This document shows positions 1 to 7,986 of a DNA stretch of 19,403 nt, piece by piece. The DNA comes from Promethearchaeota archaeon (GTDB taxonomy: Archaea > Asgardarchaeota > Lokiarchaeia > Sigyniarchaeales > SOKP01), in contig JABCSY010000074.1 of assembly GCA_018238625.1 (NCBI GenBank), forward strand, positions 1 to 19,403. Direction: 5' to 3'. The position numbers and the translations under genes are program-made. How positions within the stretch are numbered: the stretch's first letter is position 1; each line of letters opens with the position of its first letter. A model generated the notes under the pieces. It searched no databases, had not been told where the DNA came from, and saw only the letters and a program-made list of their open reading frames with translations.

Positions 1-10
1 ATCAAATGTC

Positions 11-16
11 ACTCCT
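11..16 (-). promoter_or_regulatory. Shine-Dalgarno-like AGGAGT for a minus-strand gene starting at the left window edge
   Basis: The minus strand reads AGGAGT-GACATTTG-AT and then the window ends. This fits an ATG whose G lies just outside the window. Confidence 0.45.
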
Positions 17-199
17 TTAGGTAGTTTGTGCCTTTGGTCAAAAAAAATCGATTAGTTCGTTGTCTTTTAGAACAAGGCAACTATACTTAATTAAATAAGG
101 TTTAAATTTTAAAGATAATTAATTTTTAGATAATAGTAAAAGCTTAAATTGTAGGCAAAAAATAAAAAAAATAGATAAAACAAAGAAAAACTGATTAAA

Positions 200-736
200 A
201 TGAGCGAAAAAGACATAATTTTGACGTTAAAAATTGCTATGGTAGCTGTTTTTATGGCTGTTGGAATCACGCTAAGTTATCTTAATCCATTTGGATATTT
301 AATGTTGTTCGGTACAAAAATAAATCCATTCGCTCATTTAATAAATGTAATAACGGGAGTTCTAATAGGAGTTACTTTTTCTAGCATTACTGCTTTAGGT
401 ATTGCAAGTATACGGTTTTCAGCTGGAATTGGAACGATCCACGCTTTTCATGGAGGCGTATCTGGCGCGGTTGTTGTTGGAATCGTGTCTCACATTTTAT
501 GGAAAAAAAAACCAGAGTATGTTGAATATGCCGCATTTACAGAACCAATAGGTACTGTTTTCATAGGGGGGACGATTGGAGAGCTCATTATACCAATATA
601 TGGAACTTTCTCGCTTGGAGGTTTATTGCTTTATTGGTGGTTATTTTTTTGGAGTTCTCTAATAGGGTGTATAATCGGATTTATCATTTTAAAAATTCTT
701 AAGCGCTCTGGGTATTCAAGAGATAGGTTTTACTAA
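200..736 (+). CDS. thiW: ThiW-family ECF S-component (thiazole/thiamine precursor transporter)
   Basis: Hydrophobic multi-TM protein with ThiW-like motifs PFAHLINVITGVLIG, GIGTIHAFHGG and EPIGT. Confidence 0.8.
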   Translation: MSEKDIILTLKIAMVAVFMAVGITLSYLNPFGYLMLFGTKINPFAHLINVITGVLIGVTFSSITALGIASIRFSAGIGTIHAFHGGVSGAVVVGIVSHILWKKKPEYVEYAAFTEPIGTVFIGGTIGELIIPIYGTFSLGGLLLYWWLFFWSSLIGCIIGFIILKILKRSGYSRDRFY

Positions 737-766
737 ATAAAAAAAATTTACCATTCCAAAAAATTT

Positions 767-1354
767 ATGAAATTTAATAAAGACTTAAATTTTAGCAATT
801 TAATCGGTCAGAAAACCCTTATCTATGGGGAAACGAATACTGGTAAAACTTTATATACCGCTAATTTTGTTCAATTTCTCCTAGAAAGTCAAAAAATCGA
901 TCCTAAAGAGATTAGCATATTAGATTTTGCTCCAAAGCTAGCTTATTTTAACGATTTAAAAATTGGTGGAAGAGTTCAAGATTATTTCGAAAATAGCGTA
1001 AAATGCAATGACATTAAAGTTATAGAAGAGATTATTCCCCCCCGTCTAAATGCTAAGAATAAACATGAAATGTATAGCAATATTTGTCATAATTTTAAAA
1101 CAATATATGAAATTATAGAAATTTATAACAGTAGCCCAACTTCAGTGTTAATCATTAACGATGTTTCATTATTTTTGCACTTAGGGAGCAACAAATACTT
1201 AATTAGCACGATAAATAAATCAGATACTTTTTTTGGAAATTCTTATTATGGATCATCTATTAGTAGTAAATTCTCGAAACTAATAAGCCTCAAAGAAAAG
1301 AGAAAAGTTGAATCTCTTATAAAAAATGTAGAAAACTCTTTTAGAACAACTTAA
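767..1354 (+). CDS. Small P-loop NTPase of unknown function
   Basis: Walker A GETNTGKT after a hydrophobic strand; Walker-B-like LIIND. Confidence 0.7.
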   Translation: MKFNKDLNFSNLIGQKTLIYGETNTGKTLYTANFVQFLLESQKIDPKEISILDFAPKLAYFNDLKIGGRVQDYFENSVKCNDIKVIEEIIPPRLNAKNKHEMYSNICHNFKTIYEIIEIYNSSPTSVLIINDVSLFLHLGSNKYLISTINKSDTFFGNSYYGSSISSKFSKLISLKEKRKVESLIKNVENSFRTT

Positions 1355-1486
1355 TCCGTTTTTCTTTTAAATTATAATTGTAAACGATAATAATCACTTC
1401 AAATATTTACAATCAAATACCAAATTAGTTTGTGAATTTACTGATTTGATATTAAATATATGAGAAATTTTAAGGTGGATAATAAT

Positions 1487-2326
1487 ATGCCTAGTTTAAA
1501 AGGAAAAACAGCTTTTATTACCGGGGCAAGTCGAGGAATTGGGAAAGCGATCGCTATGAGATTAGCTAAAGATGGCGCGAATATTGCCGTAGTAGCTAAA
1601 ACTAAAGACCCACATCCGACGCTACTTGGAACCGTCTATTCCGCTGTTGAAGATATTGAATCTATTGGGGGTAAGGCAATCCCATGCATTGCTGATATCC
1701 GATTTGAAGAACAAATCCAAACCGCCGTAGATGCAACTATTAAAGAATTTGGTGGGATCGATATCTTGATTAACGATGCAAGTGCGATAAGTCTGACTCC
1801 TACTTTAAAGACTCCAATGAAACGATTTGATCTCATGTTTTCTGTAAATGTTCGTGGAACATTTTTATGCTCAAAGTTATGTATTCCTTACTTAAAGGAC
1901 TCTGATAATCCTCACATATTAAATCTCTCACCCCCTTTAAATATGGACTCAAAATGGTTTACTCATCACGTGGCTTATACTATGTCAAAATACGGTATGA
2001 GCATGTGCGTCCTTGGTATGGCTGAAGAATTCAAAAAGGACGGGATTGCAGTAAACGCTTTATGGCCCAGAACTACTATCGCCACAGCAGCAGTAAAGAA
2101 TTTATTGGGGGGAGAAACTGCTTTCAAGCACGCGAGAAAACCAGAAATCGTAGCTGATGCTGCTTACATAATTCTAACTAGAAATAGTAGAGATTATACA
2201 GGCAATTTTTTCATTGATGATGAAGTGTTAATTGAAGATGGAGTGACCGATCTAGGTAAATATTCTGTTGTACCAAACGCTCGACTTACGCCAGACTTTT
2301 TTCTGTATGGGGGCGGTCAAACTTAG
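1487..2326 (+). CDS. Short-chain dehydrogenase/reductase, HSDL2/citronellol dehydrogenase-like
   Basis: TGASRGIG, KRFDLMFSVNVRGTF, NPHILNLSPPL and catalytic YTMSK motifs. The start is more likely the ATG at 1487, preceded by AAGGTGGA, than the ORF-track start at 1460. Confidence 0.9.
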   Translation: MPSLKGKTAFITGASRGIGKAIAMRLAKDGANIAVVAKTKDPHPTLLGTVYSAVEDIESIGGKAIPCIADIRFEEQIQTAVDATIKEFGGIDILINDASAISLTPTLKTPMKRFDLMFSVNVRGTFLCSKLCIPYLKDSDNPHILNLSPPLNMDSKWFTHHVAYTMSKYGMSMCVLGMAEEFKKDGIAVNALWPRTTIATAAVKNLLGGETAFKHARKPEIVADAAYIILTRNSRDYTGNFFIDDEVLIEDGVTDLGKYSVVPNARLTPDFFLYGGGQT

Positions 2327-2335
2327 TTTTTTTTT
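2327..2335 (+). terminator. Oligo-T archaeal-type terminator
   Basis: T9 run immediately after the SDR stop codon. Confidence 0.45.
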
Positions 2336-2499
2336 AATTTAATTCATAATACTTTAGATGCACTTTTTCTTATGCTTAAATATGATAGAAAATACCTCAT
2401 TCTGATTAACTAATTTTAGTAAATATTATTTAAGAAAGTTATTTAATTCAACCATACTCTTTAATATTAATAAAAAATAATATTCGCTTAATATAAGAG

Positions 2500-3162
2500 A
2501 TGATTAAATTGAAAACAAAAGTGCGAGTAGTTCTGTTCGGACCTCCCGGTAGTGGGAAAGGTACGTTCTCTTCTCAAATAAAGAAAGTTTTACCTGACAT
2601 ACCACATATTAGCACTGGGGATATTTTCCGAGAAAATTTAAAAAATGAAACTTCCCTTGGATTAAAGGCTAAAGAATACATGGATAAGGGTGAATTAGTT
2701 CCGGACGAAGTAACTATTGATATGGTTGGGGATAGGCTGAGTAAAGAAGATGTAAAAGAACATGGATTCATATTAGATGGCTTTCCAAGAACTCTAACCC
2801 AAACTGAAGCTTTAACCGAGATAACTGAAATAGATCTATTCCTTTTATTAGATGTAAGTCGCGATATCATTACAAAAAGAATTTTAGGAAGATACTCTTG
2901 TAAAAAATGCGGTGAAATCTATAATAAATACACTCTTCCACCAAAAACAGAAGGTATTTGCGATAAATGTGGTGCTGAAATTAAGTTTGAGCAAAGAAGC
3001 GACGACAATGAAGAAACTTTAAAAAACCGGTTAGACACTTACGAAAAGAACGCTAAACCGATAATAAAATATTACAAAAAGAAAAAGTTAATGAGAAAGA
3101 TAAACGCTGAAAATACTTTAGAATTAACCGAGAAGGACATTAAAAAGATACTCGAAGTGTAA
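2500..3162 (+). CDS. adk: Adenylate kinase (bacterial-type, Zn-binding LID)
   Basis: GPPGSGKGT, HISTGDIFR, GELVPDE, GFILDGFPRT, LID CKKC...CDKC and QRSDD. Confidence 0.95.
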   Translation: MIKLKTKVRVVLFGPPGSGKGTFSSQIKKVLPDIPHISTGDIFRENLKNETSLGLKAKEYMDKGELVPDEVTIDMVGDRLSKEDVKEHGFILDGFPRTLTQTEALTEITEIDLFLLLDVSRDIITKRILGRYSCKKCGEIYNKYTLPPKTEGICDKCGAEIKFEQRSDDNEETLKNRLDTYEKNAKPIIKYYKKKKLMRKINAENTLELTEKDIKKILEV

Positions 3163-3198
3163 ATTAATTTTTACAATAATTTTTTTTATAGGATTATA

Positions 3199-3954
3199 AT
3201 GAAATATAAGATCTGTATCGCAATTCCAATTAAATCTGCTGATCTTAATATAAATAGAAAATTAATAGAAATATCGCTAGAAAAAAAGCCTGATTTAATT
3301 GAATTTAGATTTGATTACATAAATGAAGTAAAATTTATCACTTTCTCCTTTTTAACAGAATTGTTGAGTCTTATCACTCCTAAAATACCAATAATCTTTA
3401 CTTTTAGGAGAATTCAAGAGCGAGGTCAATATAATCTTAATAAAGATGAACGATTACAAATTTTAAAGTTATTGGTTGAAGCAAAACCCGATTATTTGGA
3501 TATAGAAATGAAGTCTGATATTAAGATTTTGAAAATAATTACAAATTTAGCTTACAAAAACAATGTAGATTTAATTTTCTCTTTTCATGACTTTGATGAT
3601 ACTCCAACATATGAAGAAACAATTTCTCTTATAGATAAGTTTGAGGATAAGTTGGTTCAAGAATGCTCTGTAGATTCAGATAAAATACATGAAAGCGTCT
3701 TTAAATTAATATTTACTCCTCAAAAATTCGAGGATAATTTAAACGTTTTAAAAATTTGTAGAACAATTTCACAAGACGGCAAAAAGATAGTATGTTTTGC
3801 TATGGGCGAATTGGGGATTTTTTCCAGAATTATCTGCGTTAAATTTGGTTCACTATGGACATATGCTTCTCTAAGAGACAAAACAGCTCCTGGACAAATT
3901 AACATCAAAACTTTACGAGAAATGCATCAATTATTATTTAATTCCAATTCTTGA
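3199..3954 (+). CDS. aroD: Type I 3-dehydroquinate dehydratase
   Basis: EFRFD, IIFTFR, DYLDIE, SFHDF, FAMGELG..SR and TAPGQ motifs. Confidence 0.92.
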   Translation: MKYKICIAIPIKSADLNINRKLIEISLEKKPDLIEFRFDYINEVKFITFSFLTELLSLITPKIPIIFTFRRIQERGQYNLNKDERLQILKLLVEAKPDYLDIEMKSDIKILKIITNLAYKNNVDLIFSFHDFDDTPTYEETISLIDKFEDKLVQECSVDSDKIHESVFKLIFTPQKFEDNLNVLKICRTISQDGKKIVCFAMGELGIFSRIICVKFGSLWTYASLRDKTAPGQINIKTLREMHQLLFNSNS

Positions 3955-5449
3955 GATTAATGACATTTCGATCTAAATTAATATCAAAATGAACGGGGAA
4001 TTTTTGACCAACAAGTTCTTGTTTCTCTAATTTAATTAAGATATCTGGTTCAGCATTAATAAAAGCTATAGTACGACGATTACTTTCAAGAGTTCCTATT
4101 ACAATCCCTTGCTTGGGTACGCCAGTTCGATCATAAGTTATTGTATATCCTTCAATGGTAAGTTTTCCATTAGCTTGTTCTATGGGTTTTGGTAATTGTT
4201 TTTCTAAGATAGATTGTTGTATTTTAGCATTATTTTGTTCACCCCATTGTATAAGAGGTGGGTCAGTCCCGTAAATACCAAAGGACTGTTTTGTATTATA
4301 TCCTCCATTTGCTATAACCATTATTTTTAATAAAGGGTTTTTACGAACAAGATTTACAGCAGAAACGATTGCGTGTAAAGAATAATTGCTCCATGGCCCA
4401 CCAAAATATGGAAGCCCACCTGTAATCGATAATGAGCGAGGATCATTTTCCTTTATACCTATTTCCTTTTTAATGATTTCTACAATAGACGGAAAACAGC
4501 TATAAATGTCAAATAAATCAATATCATCAAGTTTAAGTCCAGCTTGTTCTAATGCTAGAATTGCTCCTTCTTTTGCTGCTGGTGAATTATTAAGCTTTGG
4601 ACGTTGGGTAATATTAAAAATGTTTTTAAAGTCTGCACCCCCCATTGGATAAATCCAGAGTTTAGAATCAATTTTGAGTTTTTTAGCGATTCTCTTACTT
4701 GTCATTATTAATGCGCTGGATTGATCTACAAATACATTAGAGCACATAAGTTTAGTATAAGGGTGAGTTATATATCTGTTTTTAAAAGTTGGAGTTATAA
4801 TTTCTTTAGCAGTATAAGAGCGTTGAGTCCAAGCATAGGGGTTATTAGATGCAATCTTTGAGAAATGTTCAAAAATTTTACTTATATGATTTTTATGTTC
4901 TTCCAAGCTTCTACCTGAAGCAGCGCGTATAGCCGTCTCAAAAATGGCGTATGTAAGAAGAGGAAATATCAATCTATATCTATTTGCAAATTCGTTTATA
5001 CCATTCCATAATTTACCCTCCATATATTTAGGAGTCTTCAATTTAGGCCAATTTAATTCAAATTTCCCCTTTTTTGCCTTATATTTGGAATAAGAAGCTT
5101 CTCCACCCGTAATTAAGATTGCTTGACTTTTTCCAGAAGTTATAGCCTTCGCTGCCCTATTTACTAACATTTGAGGACTATCGCCCCCATCCGGTAAATA
5201 AACCTTATGTGTGGGGTTTAAACAGAGTATCTTGCTAAGCTCTTCTGGCGCATCCTCGTAGGACCAACTATTAATATTTACCATATAAACTGAATCAATT
5301 ACATTCTTTAAATTGGGTATTCCAGCATCAGTTAAAGCTATCTTACATGCTTTAGCCATGAGGTTTAGTGGATCAAGGGGATCAAGAGTGTGTTTATCTT
5401 GTGTAAACTGTCCAGCTCCTACAATTATTGGATATGATTTATTACTCAT
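3938..5449 (-). CDS. Thiolase-like protein (acetyl-CoA acetyltransferase-like, with extra C-terminal domain)
   Basis: PIIVGAGQ, GGDSPQ, NPYAW, PYTKLM, DIYSCFPS, TGGLPYFGGP and ANGG motifs. The 3' end overlaps aroD convergently by 17 bp. Confidence 0.85.
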   Translation of the reverse strand: MSNKSYPIIVGAGQFTQDKHTLDPLDPLNLMAKACKIALTDAGIPNLKNVIDSVYMVNINSWSYEDAPEELSKILCLNPTHKVYLPDGGDSPQMLVNRAAKAITSGKSQAILITGGEASYSKYKAKKGKFELNWPKLKTPKYMEGKLWNGINEFANRYRLIFPLLTYAIFETAIRAASGRSLEEHKNHISKIFEHFSKIASNNPYAWTQRSYTAKEIITPTFKNRYITHPYTKLMCSNVFVDQSSALIMTSKRIAKKLKIDSKLWIYPMGGADFKNIFNITQRPKLNNSPAAKEGAILALEQAGLKLDDIDLFDIYSCFPSIVEIIKKEIGIKENDPRSLSITGGLPYFGGPWSNYSLHAIVSAVNLVRKNPLLKIMVIANGGYNTKQSFGIYGTDPPLIQWGEQNNAKIQQSILEKQLPKPIEQANGKLTIEGYTITYDRTGVPKQGIVIGTLESNRRTIAFINAEPDILIKLEKQELVGQKFPVHFDINLDRNVINLKNWN

Positions 5450-5549
5450 ATTTGATTGATTAATGTAAAAATTATTCTAAAAATTAATAATGAAAAGAAT
5501 AAGAAACTCTTATCAATTATTATTTAATAATTAGATAAGAAATTTTTTT

Positions 5550-5753
5550 TTATTGTTCTCTATCAAATACAGCGCCACATGTACCGCATTTTACACGTTT
5601 TTTTTATATATGTAAAGAATCTTTACTTATTTTATAAACGGGGGCGCCCTGCATTGAATAATAGAGTACTTGTGTTTTATCGGGTTCTTCGTGTAATTTC
5701 CGAGGATTTTCTTCCCCACAACTTCCACATTTAGTTCTTTTAGTTTCTGTCAT
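5550..5753 (-). CDS. Small zinc-ribbon protein (57 aa after removal of a 30-nt insert); not in the ORF track
   Basis: Manual translation gives MTETKRTKCGSCGEENPRKLHEEPDKTQVLYYSMQGAPVYK-ISKDSLHI*K-KRVKCGTCGAVFDREQ*. The two CxxCG knuckles are in the same frame on either side of an internal TAA (5606-5604). Confidence 0.8.
5602..5631 (-). other. Candidate 30-nt bulge-helix-bulge (tRNA-type) intron in mRNA
   Basis: Central helix UUAU(5637-5634)/AUAA(5607-5604), AAA bulges at 5633-5631 and 5603-5601, and inner stem AUAAGUAAAG/CUUUACAUAU (9 of 10 paired) with an AUU loop. Cutting after the second bulge nt on each strand removes 30 nt, deletes the stop and keeps the frame. Confidence 0.6.
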
Positions 5754-5790
5754 TTTTTTTTCTCGAAGGTGTTTTGAACAAATAATAGGT

Positions 5791-5798
5791 TTTATAAA
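5791..5798 (-). promoter_or_regulatory. Putative TATA box for the zinc-ribbon gene
   Basis: TTTATAAA about 38 nt upstream of the ATG at 5753. The AT-rich background limits specificity. Confidence 0.35.
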
Positions 5799-5877
5799 TT
5801 TAAATTTGGGTTTTACAATAAATTTGCGTTATACCATCTATAAAAATAAAAACACACGCTTTATTAATTTCACATTT

Positions 5878-6402
5878 TTATTTCATTGTTGCCTTAATAA
5901 TTTCTCCTATAATCTCGTCAATTGTTTTATCTGTGGTGTTAATAATAATTTCTGCTGACATATTATAATAAGGTTCTCTTTGTTTCAATGCGCTTTCGAT
6001 TTCTTTCATTGGACCTTCTTTGTCGATCACTGGTCTAGTTTCTTTCCCATCTTTCATTACTCTATTATAAATTTCTTTTGAGCTAGCTGTTAATAAAACG
6101 ATATGACAGGTTTTTTTTAAATTTTCTACATTTACTTTGTTTAAAACAATTCCTCCCCCGCACGATATAACAGCTTTTTTAGATTTTGCTGCCTTCTTGC
6201 ACGCTTCAACTTCATATTCTCTAAATTTATCTTCTCCATCTTCCGAAAAGATTATAGGGATTGATTTACCTGCCATCTCTACAATTAGTTGATCGGTTTC
6301 AATAAATTTATATTCTTTTCCTAAATATTTCTTCAATTCCTTTCCTACCGTAGATTTGCCTGTAGCCATAAAACCAATCAACGCAATAGATTCTTTAATC
6401 AT
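5878..6402 (-). CDS. aroK: Shikimate kinase (bacterial AroK/AroL NMP-kinase fold)
   Basis: IGFMATGKSTVG, IF...GE..FR.YE, VISCGGG, RP and REPYY motifs. Confidence 0.92.
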   Translation of the reverse strand: MIKESIALIGFMATGKSTVGKELKKYLGKEYKFIETDQLIVEMAGKSIPIIFSEDGEDKFREYEVEACKKAAKSKKAVISCGGGIVLNKVNVENLKKTCHIVLLTASSKEIYNRVMKDGKETRPVIDKEGPMKEIESALKQREPYYNMSAEIIINTTDKTIDEIIGEIIKATMK

Positions 6403-6438
6403 ACCAAATTAAACCAAATAGTATTTTTTGATATCAAG

Positions 6439-6445
6439 AAAAAAA
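6439..6445 (-). terminator. Oligo-T terminator-like run after the flavin reductase gene
   Basis: T7 on the minus strand shortly after the stop codon, followed by the palindrome TTGATATCAA (6428-6437). Confidence 0.3.
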
Positions 6446-6454
6446 GTAGAACAA

Positions 6455-7009
6455 TCATTTCATTGAAAATCCGTGATTTCCTAAAACACCCTTTTGTAAA
6501 CCTATGTAATTTCCATTAATATATGCGAAGCAATTAAATTTTTCAGGGTCTAACCTATTATTCGTTACAAATCGCGAATCAGAATGAGTGGCAACCACTT
6601 CTCCAAAATAACACACATGAGAACCTAGTTCTATTCGTTTTATTACTTTACACTCCATATTCCATGGAAATTCTTTGACCATAGGGACTTGAACTACGAT
6701 ACCTTTTTCTTTAGTTAGGTTTAAATCTTCCCATTTATTCACATCTCTTCCAGAACGCGTCCCACAATAATCCATTTCTCTCAATTGGTCTTTTGTAGGG
6801 TAATTGATCACAAACTCTCCATGTTTTTCAATTAATTTGTAGGAATGGCGCCTAGGTTGTAATGAAATTGCGATAATTGGAGGTTTCATACATACTTTAC
6901 CAACGTAAGCGAGAGTAATTAAATTCGCTTCCTCACCAATCCCTACAGATATGACCGCCGCAGGCATTGGAAACATCGTAATTCCCGTATTAAGAGAAAT
7001 CTTATTCAT
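6455..7009 (-). CDS. Flavin reductase family protein (flavoredoxin/DIM6-NTAB-like)
   Basis: FPMPAAVIS, RHSY..I....EFVIN.P, DYCG..SGRDVNK, ECKV and GSH..YFGEVV motifs. Confidence 0.9.
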   Translation of the reverse strand: MNKISLNTGITMFPMPAAVISVGIGEEANLITLAYVGKVCMKPPIIAISLQPRRHSYKLIEKHGEFVINYPTKDQLREMDYCGTRSGRDVNKWEDLNLTKEKGIVVQVPMVKEFPWNMECKVIKRIELGSHVCYFGEVVATHSDSRFVTNNRLDPEKFNCFAYINGNYIGLQKGVLGNHGFSMK

Positions 7010-7116
7010 TTTTTAAATTCATCCTTTACTTGTTTTCTAATTATAGCTAAATAAATATAAATTAATTTATTCTTAAACATATTAATAGTTTTAAATTTAA
7101 TAATTATAGTAATAAA

Positions 7117-7986
7117 ATGCTAAAAAAACCTTATATAGCAGCTCGTACTAATGTTTTATGTGTTATTGGACACCCAATCGAACATAGTATGAGTCCGATA
7201 ATGCATAATGCTGCCCTTAAAGATCTGTCTCTCGATTATGTATATGTCGCTTTTAATATTCCACCAAACGACCTTAAAAAGGCAGTGTTAGGGTTTAAAA
7301 TGTTTAATATAAAAGGAATAAATGTTACTATTCCATATAAAGAAAATATTATCCCGTATTTAGATGAAATTGACCCACTTGCTGAAAAGATAGGTGCTGT
7401 TAATACTATAAAAAATAAAGGTAAATATTTGATTGGAAAAAACACAGACGCATCTGGGGCTAAAAAAGCTTTATTAGATGCGGGGTGCGAAATAAGTGGA
7501 AAAAAGGCATTAATATTGGGCGCAGGAGGGGCGGCTAAAGCAGTTAGTTTTGCTATATCAGAGGATTTAGATGCGTTATATATAGCTAATAGAACCGAAA
7601 AGCGATCAATAAAATTAGCTAAGGATTTGACTAATAAAACGGCGATTAAAGCGATAGGAAAGAATATGAGTATTGATACGCTAAAAAACTTAGTAAATGA
7701 AGTAGATATTTTAATAAATACTACTCCACTCGGTATGTATCCAGATATTGGAGAATCGCCGATTTCTGAGGAAATACTACACAAAGATTTGTTTGTATTT
7801 GATATAGTATATAATCCTCTCGAAACTCGATTAATAAAAGAAGCTAGCAAAATTGGTTGCAAAACACTAGGTGGGTTAGATATGTTTGTTAATCAAGGCG
7901 CTTTAGCATTTGAATGGTGGACGGGTAAAAAACCAAATTTAAATTTAATGAAAGAAAAAGTAGTTGAATTTTTAGGGAAAAAATAA
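7117..7986 (+). CDS. aroE: Shikimate dehydrogenase
   Basis: IGHPIEHSMSP.MHN, G.NVTIPYK, GAVNT, NTD, GAGGAA, NTTPLGM and DIVYNP motifs. Confidence 0.96.
   Translation: MLKKPYIAARTNVLCVIGHPIEHSMSPIMHNAALKDLSLDYVYVAFNIPPNDLKKAVLGFKMFNIKGINVTIPYKENIIPYLDEIDPLAEKIGAVNTIKNKGKYLIGKNTDASGAKKALLDAGCEISGKKALILGAGGAAKAVSFAISEDLDALYIANRTEKRSIKLAKDLTNKTAIKAIGKNMSIDTLKNLVNEVDILINTTPLGMYPDIGESPISEEILHKDLFVFDIVYNPLETRLIKEASKIGCKTLGGLDMFVNQGALAFEWWTGKKPNLNLMKEKVVEFLGKK

Noticed and set aside
1-199. TPP riboswitch upstream of thiW
   Set aside because: No CUGAGA or CCUGA...UAAU...CG.AGG core was seen on either strand.
2381-2406. C/D-box sRNA (ATGATAG...CTGA)
   Set aside because: The C box is imperfect and the spacing is too short for a guide RNA.
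5604-5606. Selenocysteine/pyrrolysine recoding of the internal stop
   Set aside because: The codon is TAA, not TGA or TAG, and TAA is the ordinary stop throughout this window.
5601-5636. Insert interpreted as a mobile-element footprint with a TATAAAA target-site duplication
   Set aside because: The direct repeat has a 28-nt period, and removing 28 nt puts the second CxxC out of frame, whereas the 30-nt BHB excision restores it. This is less favoured but not fully excluded.
7236-7862. 208-aa antisense ORF
   Set aside because: It is a shadow of the strongly conserved aroE and has no motifs.
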